In this document: positions 9,544-18,409 of the stretch, piece by piece
How positions within the stretch are numbered: the first letter of the stretch is position 1
Layout: each line of letters starts with the position of its first letter
IMG/VR virus record: IMGVR_UViG_3300025137_000019
Length of the DNA stretch: 64,000 nt
Reading direction: 5' to 3' (one strand)
Source: an uncultured virus (IMG/VR IMGVR_UViG_3300025137_000019)
Lineage: Duplodnaviria; Heunggongvirae; Uroviricota; Caudoviricetes
Position numbers and translations under genes: made by a program
The notes under the pieces: generated by a model
The model's database searches: none
What the model saw: only the letters and a program-made list of their open reading frames with translations
Told to the model about the DNA's origin: nothing

Positions 9544-9670
9544 TTTTCTAATGTTAAATATAAATTAATAATGATGCTTGATTGATTAGGTTCAAGCATC
9601 AAAACCTACACTGTGTCTTGCATTACTCAACAGCCCGTGTACAAACTATCCCGTGTACATAGGATTATCA

Positions 9671-10141
9671 CTAGAAAGCACCAGGTGCTACCTGCAATAC
9701 ACGCAAACCTAGTGACCTCCACATCTCAACAACTTGGTCTCTGTCATCAATGACAAACTTAACATCATACTTAGGTCTGATATGATCCATATAGATCTCT
9801 GACTTAATGATGTTATCTTTTCTAAAGTCACCTGCTTTTCTGATGTAAAAATCATCAAAGCGTACTCCATTATCCTTCAACCATTTTCTAGTTGCTTCTT
9901 CACAAACACCATCTCTACCTGTAGTAATAATAATTTTGTATTTATGAGGCATATCAACTAAACTTCCATCAAATTCAGCATAAATAGGCTGACCCATTCT
10001 TGCAAAGTCTTGAACAAGTTCAATAACATCTTGATGAGGTTTATCAAGGTGGACTTTGTCCCACTCAAAAGGTCCTCTTACACCTCTCATATCTGCTAAC
10101 GTCCCGTCAACATCTACAATAATTGCTAATTCTTTTGTCAT
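9671..10141 (-). CDS. HAD-family polynucleotide 3'-phosphatase (T4 PNK phosphatase-like)
   Basis: DVDGTLA, TGR, R..D.RKD..K, DDRDQVVEMWRSLG. Confidence 0.88.
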   Translation of the reverse strand: MTKELAIIVDVDGTLADMRGVRGPFEWDKVHLDKPHQDVIELVQDFARMGQPIYAEFDGSLVDMPHKYKIIITTGRDGVCEEATRKWLKDNGVRFDDFYIRKAGDFRKDNIIKSEIYMDHIRPKYDVKFVIDDRDQVVEMWRSLGLRVLQVAPGAF

Positions 10142-10364
10142 AAGTTAATTAATAAGTTAATAGATAAGTAAAACCTGTTCTGACCCTTATAGTCACCGCA
10201 GACTATAGTTAATTAAAACTCAAGGGTCAGTTACAGATTAATAAGATGCAAGCAGTGTCAAAGGTTACGGTACTGAGCTTTCCATAAGTACTAACGTTCT
10301 TGTAACCACCATTAGAAGTGACTATTAAACTCTTCTTATTGTAACAACAGCTGCTTGCAATGTT

Positions 10365-10577
10365 TTAATCTTTTCTTTTAGGTAAACCGTGAAGCATAAT
10401 TTGTTCTACTTTTTCATTAGTTGCCCTAACAGTTCTTCCTATTTGTGTTATATCATCCCACATATGGTGTTGAATTTTATAAAGACTTTTGTGGTACTCT
10501 TCCTGTTCTTGTCTTATGTATACTAACAGCAGGCAATTTACTATAAATGTTAGTATTATTAATATTGCTGTAATCAT
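10365..10577 (-). CDS. small membrane-anchored protein
   Basis: ATG start MITAIL, N-terminal TM. Confidence 0.55.
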   Translation of the reverse strand: MITAILIILTFIVNCLLLVYIRQEQEEYHKSLYKIQHHMWDDITQIGRTVRATNEKVEQIMLHGLPKRKD

Positions 10578-10660
10578 TTCTTTTCTTTTTTTTACGCTAA
10601 ATAAAAAGACACCAAGGGAGCCCACTAATGAGCCCCACAATTAATGGTGTCTAGTACCTA

Positions 10661-10685
10661 AAAAGGGACACTTTTACATGTCCCT
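10661..10685 (-). terminator. intrinsic terminator after the 608-aa gene
   Basis: AGGGACA/TGTCCCT stem with T-run on the minus strand. Confidence 0.6.
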
Positions 10686-10692
10686 AGTAGTC

Positions 10693-12519
10693 TTATGACA
10701 ATAAGCTAATTAAAGCTGACTTGTCATCAGTAAGTTTAACATCTTCTCCATCAGGAGATGTTTTATCCATGTAGTCATTTAATGTCAATGTCATATCTGA
10801 CATATCAATTTGACTTTGAATAAGATCACGTGTAGTAATACCTGCTCTAGCAACTCTACCATTGCCAGTAGCTCTATCAGTAAAGATAAATCTACCATCA
10901 ACATAGATAGCCATAGACATTTGCATACCTGTCATCACCATAGGAGTCTGAAATATAATATCATCTGGATGTACCATATGATTTCTATCAAAACTCTCTC
11001 CTTCAGGAAGTCTAGCAACGATAAATGTATACTTTGACCCTGGTTCAGCACAGAAACTATTGCACATAAATACACCATTAGGCATATTATCACGGAACAA
11101 TAAATATTCTGCAGCTTCAGGATTAGCAGATGTCATATCACCTGAATAAACAATGTTGTTACCTTCATCAGTGTATGAATTACACCAAGAAAAAGTATCA
11201 CCATCTATATTAGTAAATGACAAATCAAGATCTCTTGCACCATCCTCACCTTTCCAATAAATCCCAACAATGAGATTATCTTCAGGCTTAACATCAATAT
11301 AAGAACCAACTGGTAACGTACCAATAAAGTTTTTCTCTGATGTAGGAAGAGCAATTTTCAAATCAGAAGGAATAATAATATTCTTCCAATTAAGTCTTGA
11401 CTCAATGTTTTTACGGATCTTTGCTTTCAATGTATAAGTAATTGAATTTAAATTCAAATCACCATTAACATTCAAATCCCAAGAACTCTTCTTGACCCAA
11501 CTTTTACCATTTCTGATATTAATTGTATCAACAAAGTTACCTTTGATTCTCTTCTGACAAGCATTATAGTACTTGACCAGCTGGAAAGTAGACATATCAT
11601 TGATATTTCTCTGCAACCATTTTAGAGTCTCCATGTTCTCAATATTACTATTTAAATACTGAGGAGTCAAGAAGACTGTACTCATAGGCATAACAGTAGG
11701 AACGTGATGCTTCTTAGATAACTTAGATATCTTGTTAATCACAGGTCTTAACTCACCATTTCTCAAAGCAAGAAACAATGGCTTGTATCTATTAAAGATA
11801 CCTGCCCATTCAAATAAAGAATGTGAATTAAAAGATTCCCTGACATATTCAAGATCAGTATCTTTAATACCATCATGTTCAACAGAGAATAAAGCATATT
11901 GTGATATAGTTTGCTTATCTTTAACAATACAAGCACTATCAGTAATTACAAAGTTAATTGCTTGCAATGTCTCTTCAGCTGTATCAAAAGCAATACCTTT
12001 AGCAATACGGTATCTAATCAAGAACTCACGGTTCTTAACATCAGACAAATCTAACTCAATCTGAAACTCAGAAATCAATTCAAAGATATCATTTAAAGTA
12101 TCATTCTTAAGAGCAATACCTGAATGTAGCATATCCTGGATCTTACCTGTAAGTTCAGCCAATGTAATAGGCTCAATAATCTTACATTCAGTAAAATCAA
12201 GTTCCGCAGGATTATCATTAGGAACATAAGGTGTACCTGTATGACCTGTACCATAAGTAGAAGCATAATGCATACACTGGTCTACCCACAATGCTTCTCT
12301 ACTTCTATTAATAACATCATTAAATGACTTATAGAAAGTAGTATTAAAATTGTTTGGTAATGAGTTCATGTAAGTCATTACTCTTATAGCATCACAATCA
12401 GGATGCATAATATATCCTCTCTGTGCACAATTTCTAATAAGTACAGAGTTAACTGTATTAGAATCATTGGTATTTCTCAGTGCTCTACCAAATAAACGAA
12501 GTTCAGCAAATTTTGCCAT
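10693..12519 (-). CDS. large helical N-terminal domain plus TerD-like C-terminal domain protein
   Basis: F.RYKPLFLAL..INKISKLSKKHH, ALPTSEKNFIG, GIYW..DLDLS..YSGDMTSA..AAEY (TerD-like). Confidence 0.7.
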   Translation of the reverse strand: MAKFAELRLFGRALRNTNDSNTVNSVLIRNCAQRGYIMHPDCDAIRVMTYMNSLPNNFNTTFYKSFNDVINRSREALWVDQCMHYASTYGTGHTGTPYVPNDNPAELDFTECKIIEPITLAELTGKIQDMLHSGIALKNDTLNDIFELISEFQIELDLSDVKNREFLIRYRIAKGIAFDTAEETLQAINFVITDSACIVKDKQTISQYALFSVEHDGIKDTDLEYVRESFNSHSLFEWAGIFNRYKPLFLALRNGELRPVINKISKLSKKHHVPTVMPMSTVFLTPQYLNSNIENMETLKWLQRNINDMSTFQLVKYYNACQKRIKGNFVDTINIRNGKSWVKKSSWDLNVNGDLNLNSITYTLKAKIRKNIESRLNWKNIIIPSDLKIALPTSEKNFIGTLPVGSYIDVKPEDNLIVGIYWKGEDGARDLDLSFTNIDGDTFSWCNSYTDEGNNIVYSGDMTSANPEAAEYLLFRDNMPNGVFMCNSFCAEPGSKYTFIVARLPEGESFDRNHMVHPDDIIFQTPMVMTGMQMSMAIYVDGRFIFTDRATGNGRVARAGITTRDLIQSQIDMSDMTLTLNDYMDKTSPDGEDVKLTDDKSALISLLS

Positions 12520-12570
12520 AATAAGTATAAGTTTTAAGTGAATGAATAAGTAGGTTGTAGAAAAGAATCA

Positions 12571-12869
12571 AGAGAGATGAAATGTAGGTTCTTTTTGGTT
12601 GTGTAAAAAGGAACATTTTATATCTCTCTATCTTCTTAATGGCTTACTCTAAACGGGATTTTCAGCCTTTAACTCCCATAGCGACACACTAACTAATAGA
12701 GACCACAGTAAGACGGTCAGTAATAATTGTCTGATTAACTCTCAAACTCTATCAGCATGTATGTGTCTTTCTCTGTTTATGGTTAAACAGGAACTGACAC
12801 TTTGGTTTTAATTAAGACGGGAAGTAATTCTTTTGTTTGTTATAGTTAAAAGGAACTTCCTATGTCTTT
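12571..12869 (-). ncRNA. three tandem copies of a structured RNA motif
   Basis: Copies at 12571-12629, 12709-12810 and 12813-12869 share a 6-bp stem (AAATGT/ACATTT, GTCAGT/ACTGAC, GGAAGT/ACTTCC) followed by TCC and a second stem. Confidence 0.7.
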
Positions 12870-12921
12870 AGTGGTAGGGTTTAGGTGATCAATCCCGCGT
12901 TATAACTACCATACGCTCATC

Positions 12922-13086
12922 TTAACAATCATAAGGGTCAATCATATCATCAAAGATATCATTGATCGCATCATCTGCAAAATTAGACTCAATGTTACCC
13001 AAAGGGTCTAATCCCTGTATTTCCATTAATATACCCATAGAGGTCATAATGTCTTTATCTTCTGGTTCTTGTTTTGGTTCTACCAT
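12922..13086 (-). CDS. small, very acidic protein (54 aa, not in ORF track)
   Basis: MVEPKQEPED..DDMIDPYDC, 15 D/E versus 2 K. Confidence 0.55.
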   Translation of the reverse strand: MVEPKQEPEDKDIMTSMGILMEIQGLDPLGNIESNFADDAINDIFDDMIDPYDC

Positions 13087-13152
13087 AACTGCTATTGATT
13101 TTATACTGTGACCACACTAGTGCTGACAGTAAGATAATAATTAAAATTGTTT

Positions 13153-13368
13153 TCATTTCTTTCTTGTTTGTAATTTAAGAACATCTACTACATTATTGTA
13201 GGGAAGATTAACATCCACAACAACTCCTCCTAAATCAATAGTAGCAGCATTCATATTATACCTTTCATGTTCATGTTGGTATAAAGGTTCTACTTTTACT
13301 ATATGATCTATGTTAATAGCCACAGGTTGTTTGTCCTCTAGTGTGACAAATGAAATAAATTTACTCAT
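13153..13368 (-). CDS. small protein, FlbD-like pattern
   Basis: FI....VAINIDHIVKVE....ATI..V..V pattern. Confidence 0.55.
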   Translation of the reverse strand: MSKFISFVTLEDKQPVAINIDHIVKVEPLYQHEHERYNMNAATIDLGGVVVDVNLPYNNVVDVLKLQTRKK

Positions 13369-13483
13369 GTTGTTTGGTTTTATGTTTAAGTTTTCTATAA
13401 TATTTCTTCTTGTTTCGGAACACCTGTTTCTTACAGGCTTCTTGAATCTCTTGTTGTGTAACTACAATCTCTTTCATAGTAAT

Positions 13484-13726
13484 CTAATTTAAATCAGTAA
13501 ATGTATATCCCTTCTTTTGGTAATATTTAACAGCTTCTTCTTTAGTATCAAATCCGCACATAACACTTCCATACTCACAAATATCACTATAAGTATTAGG
13601 TAGCCACCAAAGATCATGATTCTTAGCAATTACAATTTTATCTGTTGTAGTTAACTTTCTACCATCTTCATAGTAAGTAGCATCGCTCATCTTAATAGGC
13701 CATTCAACTTTATAATCTTTGCTCAT
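13484..13726 (-). CDS. hypothetical protein
   Basis: 80-aa ORF, FDTKEEAV motif. Confidence 0.6.
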   Translation of the reverse strand: MSKDYKVEWPIKMSDATYYEDGRKLTTTDKIVIAKNHDLWWLPNTYSDICEYGSVMCGFDTKEEAVKYYQKKGYTFTDLN

Positions 13727-14154
13727 ATGATTTAATTTAAAGGTTTCGGAAACTAATATGCTCTTTCTATAGATAGAGAGTATACTAATGTACTATAGTA
13801 AAAACACTGCTTATTCTGTCTCACGTTAGCTATATATATTATATAGTATTAATATATAAGAGGTATAAATAAGTAAAGTAATGTATAAGGTAAGAATAGT
13901 AGTAAAGTATGACTATACATTAAACGTTCTTACACAAACACTTTTTTAATTATTTTTTGCTAAACAAGTAGACATCTTACAAGATATGTGTAGTAATGTA
14001 CAAATAGTAGTAGGCTATTGTCTGTTTGTAGTAAGTAGTATGTAGTATCTACAAAAAAATAACTACATATTGCCACAAAAAAAACAACAAAGGCTTTAGC
14101 CTTTTTGCTCTATTCAAATAGAGGGTTAGAATAAAGAGGGTTTACTACAAATTA

Positions 14155-14190
14155 AAAACACCCTATCATATTTCTATGATAAGGTGTCTT
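14155..14190 (-). terminator. intrinsic terminator
   Basis: ACACCCTATCATA/TATGATAAGGTGT hairpin with T-run on the minus strand. Confidence 0.65.
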
Positions 14191-14203
14191 GATTAATACT
14201 CTA

Positions 14204-14644
14204 TTACAGTTCTGCAATATCTTTGTCCTTCTCTGCAACTTCTTCTACAGCATCTACTGCTGCTATTGCTGTTGCATTTACTTTACCTGCAAGTTTGTCA
14301 ACAAGTCTCTCTGCAAATTTTGCACCTAAAGATGGTGACACTGCATCCAATGCTGATGCTCTTGCAAGGTCTTTTCTTGTTTCTGAACCGTCCAATGTAA
14401 AGTTCCCGTCCTGCTTCTTGTACAGTGGCAATGTATCCTGCAATGCGTCCATATACATTGTTATCAACTGTGGCGTTCCTGTTACAGGATTTGTTCTTGG
14501 GTAAGCCTTAAACTGTGGAGATGTTGTATACTCTTTAAGTTCTGCTTTTGTACCATTGATACTGTAAACGTGGAATGTTTTACCTTTCCCTGCTCCTTCT
14601 TTGCTCTGCACAAAGTTACTGTCATAAGTTGCTGTTAAGCCCAT
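14204..14644 (-). CDS. early hypothetical protein
   Basis: ATG start MGLTAT, with its own promoter motif and terminator. Confidence 0.75.
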   Translation of the reverse strand: MGLTATYDSNFVQSKEGAGKGKTFHVYSINGTKAELKEYTTSPQFKAYPRTNPVTGTPQLITMYMDALQDTLPLYKKQDGNFTLDGSETRKDLARASALDAVSPSLGAKFAERLVDKLAGKVNATAIAAVDAVEEVAEKDKDIAEL

Positions 14645-14708
14645 ATTGTTAAGTTTTATAATTAATACCAAATAAGTTAAGGGTTAGAAAAAAAGAGGGT
14701 CTTATGTT

Positions 14709-14738
14709 AAAAAGAGACAGCTGTTATACTGTCTCTTT
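14709..14738 (-). terminator. intrinsic terminator
   Basis: AAAGAGACAG/CTGTCTCTTT hairpin. Confidence 0.7.
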
Positions 14739-14771
14739 CTATGAACTTTAAACCTACCTACTCTATGAAAA

Positions 14772-15128
14772 CTAAGCCTTATCTAAATCTATGTGACCTA
14801 CCACTTTTGGTGATATATTACCTTCTCCCAACTTGTTGACATCTATGCACAACTCCAAGTACTCAACTTGGTCTCTTAATAGTTCAAGAAGTTCATGCAC
14901 ACCTGGTGCATCTACTTTGTTATCAGTTAATACTTTAATCTGATTTATAAAGTTATAACCCTGTGTTCTTGTCCACCCAAGTTCTGCTTTACTGTCTCCA
15001 TTCTTTGATGGTTTCCAAGTAGCACCTGCTTTTTGCATTACATACTTTAGTGCTCTTCTTTGAACTCTTGCTGATTGTTGTTCTGTTGCATTTGCTCTGT
15101 CAAATGTTGTTGCTGCTAATAATCTCAT
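14772..15128 (-). CDS. early hypothetical protein
   Basis: 118-aa ORF downstream of the CTAACCCT motif. Confidence 0.75.
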   Translation of the reverse strand: MRLLAATTFDRANATEQQSARVQRRALKYVMQKAGATWKPSKNGDSKAELGWTRTQGYNFINQIKVLTDNKVDAPGVHELLELLRDQVEYLELCIDVNKLGEGNISPKVVGHIDLDKA

Positions 15129-15325
15129 AGGTTTAATTTAAATTTTAGGTAAATTCAGGGTTAGAAAAAAAAGGGTATTTTAATTTTCTGAACACAGTCT
15201 ACTGTTATTCAACTGTGTTCTCACCCTTTTCAGCAACGTCTTGCTCTGGACAAAAGTGGTGGATGCCCCTCTACAAATTCAGGGTTAGATAGCCAAAAGA
15301 AAAAAGCCCCGTTAGGGGCGTTGTG

Positions 15326-15574
15326 CTATGACATGGCACCAAGTTCCAGAGACTTCTGGATCTTGTAGACATCATAGCCATTTTTCTGCTCAGGCTCTTT
15401 GAAGATGTCAATGACGTAGACATTGCCAGCTTTAAGACCGCAAGCTTTGGCGTAGTTCTTATGCCAATTGATGTAAGTTGGAAACTCATCATTAGGCTTA
15501 TTAAGAACTATTGCTGAACGCTGACTTTTAATATTGTCAGACTTGATAATTTTACAAAGTAAAGTGAAGTACAT
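15326..15574 (-). CDS. early hypothetical protein (82 aa)
   Basis: ATG start MYFTLL after the motif at 15606; GCCCC/GGGGC terminator at ~15300-15320. Confidence 0.65.
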   Translation of the reverse strand: MYFTLLCKIIKSDNIKSQRSAIVLNKPNDEFPTYINWHKNYAKACGLKAGNVYVIDIFKEPEQKNGYDVYKIQKSLELGAMS

Positions 15575-15810
15575 AGAATTTATTTTTAAAGTTCTATGCA
15601 AGTTCAGGGTTAGCTCTGTACCAAGCAACAAGAACTTTTCTCTGGGACAGAAAAAGTTTTTTTGTGCAGGTAAAAAAGTTTCCTGACTAAAAAAAGAAGG
15701 GGGGTACCACCAAATTTTTTTTGGCTGGGGGGTTTTTACTATAGGACCCATTAAAACCTCTAATACAAAACTTTTTTCTATAGGTAAAAAAATTTTGTTA
15801 TTTTTACCAC

Positions 15811-16023
15811 ATGGCAAATGAAAAAGAAAAAATACCAGTACTTAAGGTTTGGCAAACAGAAAATGGTCTAGAAATACAAATGCTAAAGGCTATGGGTAAT
15901 AATTACCTTATGTTAGGTCTATTAGATGAGATTAAGTATAAGATACTTTCTGGCGAGATAGAAGAGGAGGAGGAAGCTTCCCCTGATAAAGCTCCTATGG
16001 GGTCTGGTACATATGATGCATAA
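15811..16023 (+). CDS. hypothetical protein
   Basis: First plus-strand ORF. Confidence 0.65.
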   Translation: MANEKEKIPVLKVWQTENGLEIQMLKAMGNNYLMLGLLDEIKYKILSGEIEEEEEASPDKAPMGSGTYDA

Positions 16024-16040
16024 TTTAATAAAAACCAATA

Positions 16041-16346
16041 ATGATGAGTAAATTTATTTTAAGAGGAAACAAGGTCTTGTTAGACAAGCCTGAGAAAAAA
16101 GAAAAAGAAGAAGGTAAGCTAGACCTTATTATTCCAGATAGCATGGAACAAGATGTTGAGAAAGAGATGATGAAGGAGTGGACTCATCTTAATGTCTTTG
16201 CAGTGGGAGTAGAAGTTACTGATGTAAAAGTGGGGGATAAAGTATATGTCCGCACTGGTGCTTTACACAATGCTGAGATTATAGAAATTGATGGAGTGAT
16301 TAAGATGATGGTATTGATTCATGATGTCGTAATGGTATGGCAATAG
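16041..16346 (+). CDS. groES: co-chaperonin GroES-like protein
   Basis: LRGNKVLL..LIIPD..VFAVG..VKVGDKVY..IDG..DVV. Confidence 0.8.
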   Translation: MMSKFILRGNKVLLDKPEKKEKEEGKLDLIIPDSMEQDVEKEMMKEWTHLNVFAVGVEVTDVKVGDKVYVRTGALHNAEIIEIDGVIKMMVLIHDVVMVWQ

Positions 16347-16612
16347 ATTGGTATAAACATATGCACGGCCCCTATGAAAATATGTCTAAAGGTATTTACC
16401 CTTTATCTAAACAAAATACTGTTAATGATTCTATAGTAGATTCAATAAAAGAAAAATACCAAAGTAGATCAGAAGTAGGAATTAAAAAGTATAACAAAAC
16501 TTTAGATAGAGACGATCTTACTGAAAAAGAATGGTTAACCCATTTACAAGAGGAGCTGATGGATGCAACTTTATACATAGAAAAGTTAATTACATTAATT
16601 AAAAATAGATAA
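16337..16612 (+). CDS. conserved phage protein, MazG-like all-alpha fold possible
   Basis: RSEVGIKKY..LDR.DL..WL.HLQEELMDA.LY. Confidence 0.55.
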   Translation: MAIDWYKHMHGPYENMSKGIYPLSKQNTVNDSIVDSIKEKYQSRSEVGIKKYNKTLDRDDLTEKEWLTHLQEELMDATLYIEKLITLIKNR

Positions 16613-16613
16613 T

Positions 16614-16811
16614 ATGTGGCGTATAATAATAATGATTGTAATTGGAGCTTTGATAGCTTCATTAATAATATTAGGTAGGGCGTTTTCTAAAGATTTAGAA
16701 AATTATTATACTAAAGAAAAGTATCCTGACCCTGAAGGAAAAAAAATAGGATATACATTTTATGCAATAGCAGCATTAGTTTTAGCAACTACTTATTTTT
16801 TATTAGGTTAA
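16614..16811 (+). CDS. two-TM membrane protein
   Basis: Two hydrophobic helices. Confidence 0.6.
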   Translation: MWRIIIMIVIGALIASLIILGRAFSKDLENYYTKEKYPDPEGKKIGYTFYAIAALVLATTYFLLG

Positions 16812-16828
16812 TTAAGACCAAAAACCGA

Positions 16829-16862
16829 AAGAGCCTCTAATTTTTGGATTAGGGGCTTTTTT
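16829..16862 (+). terminator. intrinsic terminator
   Basis: GCCTCTAAT/ATTAGGGGC stem with T-run. Confidence 0.7.
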
Positions 16863-16918
16863 ATATCAAATATTTTTATTATATTATAATTGTATATTTA
16901 TTAAATAAAAAGAAACAA

Positions 16919-17536
16919 ATGGCAACAGGAATAAAAAGACCTAGTATTATTAAAGAGTTTGCGTCTAGAAGAACACAAGTTTGGCAATACTTAAATGTAA
17001 GCATTGATAATTTTCTAAGAGAGTTAGGTTTAAGAACTACAACAAGTTTAGTAGAAGGAGCAACTAGTGACTGGCCTTGCCAAGTTACAAAATGTGCAAA
17101 TGAGACTTATGTTAGAGGCGGAGTTACTTATGATGTTTGGAAACATTGTGGTAGAGGACCTCTTCAAGCAACTGCACCTGTTGCTCCAGCAACTGATTAT
17201 ACATCTACTACTGAATTAGGAACAATCAATGTTTCAAAAGGTGGTGCAATTGAAATTATTGCAGACAGCAGCTTAGTAGAAGCAGCTGATGGGGCAAACA
17301 CTGTAGATCGTACACCATTAGCTAATGCTGCTTCATTAGTTGGAGGCGGTATTCCAGGATCAGCATCTCAGTTTGCACAAGCACTTTACTTAACAATTTA
17401 TAATGACCAATCTCCAATTACAGAAAATTGGGTAAGGGTTCAAGGTGTAAACAATGCTGACTATGATGGCTATGTATACACTGAATTTAAATTCATTGTA
17501 GAACAAGGAGCCGAAGTTACAATAAGCGTATCATAA
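16919..17536 (+). CDS. putative virion structural protein
   Basis: 205 aa, A/T/G-rich, first gene after a promoter-like gap. Confidence 0.55.
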   Translation: MATGIKRPSIIKEFASRRTQVWQYLNVSIDNFLRELGLRTTTSLVEGATSDWPCQVTKCANETYVRGGVTYDVWKHCGRGPLQATAPVAPATDYTSTTELGTINVSKGGAIEIIADSSLVEAADGANTVDRTPLANAASLVGGGIPGSASQFAQALYLTIYNDQSPITENWVRVQGVNNADYDGYVYTEFKFIVEQGAEVTISVS

Positions 17537-17553
17537 ATATTAAATAAGAAATC

Positions 17554-18195
17554 ATGACAAAAATAAGATTAGTCAATACTGCAGGAACACCTATAACAAG
17601 AGCTATAGATGCAAAATTAAGTGCAGAGTATGTAGGATATAATACTAAAGAACCAAGTAAAGTAGTCCAAGAAGAGATTGTAATAGAAGAAGCAGACTTT
17701 GCAAACGGTAACGCAACATTTGACTTTACTAAGACTCTTGCAAAGATGGATGTAGTTAAAGAATTAAAAGTTACTGCTGATATTGAAAAAATTGGTTTTT
17801 ATATGACTTCCTCTGTAACTTATAAGGTGAGTAAAGATTGTGAAAACAATCCAAAATATGTAGATTATGATACACTAATAGCTAAACTAAATGGTGAAAA
17901 GAAGACTCTAGAGATACAATTAGAAGCAGCAGCGAAAGCTGGAGATGAGGCACTTGTTGCCCAACTGAAGGGTCAAATTGGAAAATTAGAAGATCAAATA
18001 ACAGACGCTGATAAAGAAAGAGAACAACAAGAAAAGAATGGTATACAACCAATAGTATGTGAAATGAATGGTATCCCTACAAAAATGTCTATTCCTCTTA
18101 ATCAAATTACACGTACTCCTGAACAGCAAGAATTAAGAAGAAACGAAATTAATGCTGAGATTACAGCATCGGCAGTTAAGAAACTAAGAAAATAA
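17554..18195 (+). CDS. hypothetical protein with coiled coil
   Basis: 213-aa ORF. Confidence 0.65.
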   Translation: MTKIRLVNTAGTPITRAIDAKLSAEYVGYNTKEPSKVVQEEIVIEEADFANGNATFDFTKTLAKMDVVKELKVTADIEKIGFYMTSSVTYKVSKDCENNPKYVDYDTLIAKLNGEKKTLEIQLEAAAKAGDEALVAQLKGQIGKLEDQITDADKEREQQEKNGIQPIVCEMNGIPTKMSIPLNQITRTPEQQELRRNEINAEITASAVKKLRK

Positions 18196-18199
18196 AATT

Positions 18200-18403
18200 A
18201 TGCCAGTAAAATTTATACCAGAATCACCAGATCCTTATTTAAATAGAGGTGAAGATATGTCTCCAGCTAAATTTGGTCATCTTAATGAAATATTAAGAAT
18301 GACTCAAAGAGAATATGCTGATGATGCTGCAGCAATAGCTGCTGGTTTAAAAGTAGGCGAGTTATATAGCAGAGCTAATGGTTCTGTCCACGTAGTAAAA
18401 TAA
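18200..18403 (+). CDS. small virion-associated protein
   Basis: YADDAAAIAAGLKVGELY motif typical of fibre-associated domains. Confidence 0.55.
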   Translation: MPVKFIPESPDPYLNRGEDMSPAKFGHLNEILRMTQREYADDAAAIAAGLKVGELYSRANGSVHVVK

Positions 18404-18409
18404 TAAATT

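Larger units (their letters stand above)
14122..15613 (-). promoter_or_regulatory. five copies of CTAACCCT, candidate early promoter
   Basis: AGGGTTAG on the + strand at 14122, 14680, 15157, 15281 and 15606; three copies extend to ACCCT(C/T)TTTWTT..CTAACCCT; three lie ~30-35 nt upstream of an ATG. Confidence 0.65.

Noticed and set aside
12571..12869. CRISPR array or simple terminators
   Set aside because: Copies differ in sequence while conserving structure; no identical repeats with regular spacers and no U-tails
15575..15817. N-terminal extension of the 163-aa track ORF
   Set aside because: It runs through the homopolymer region and promoter motif; ATG 15574 is the plausible start
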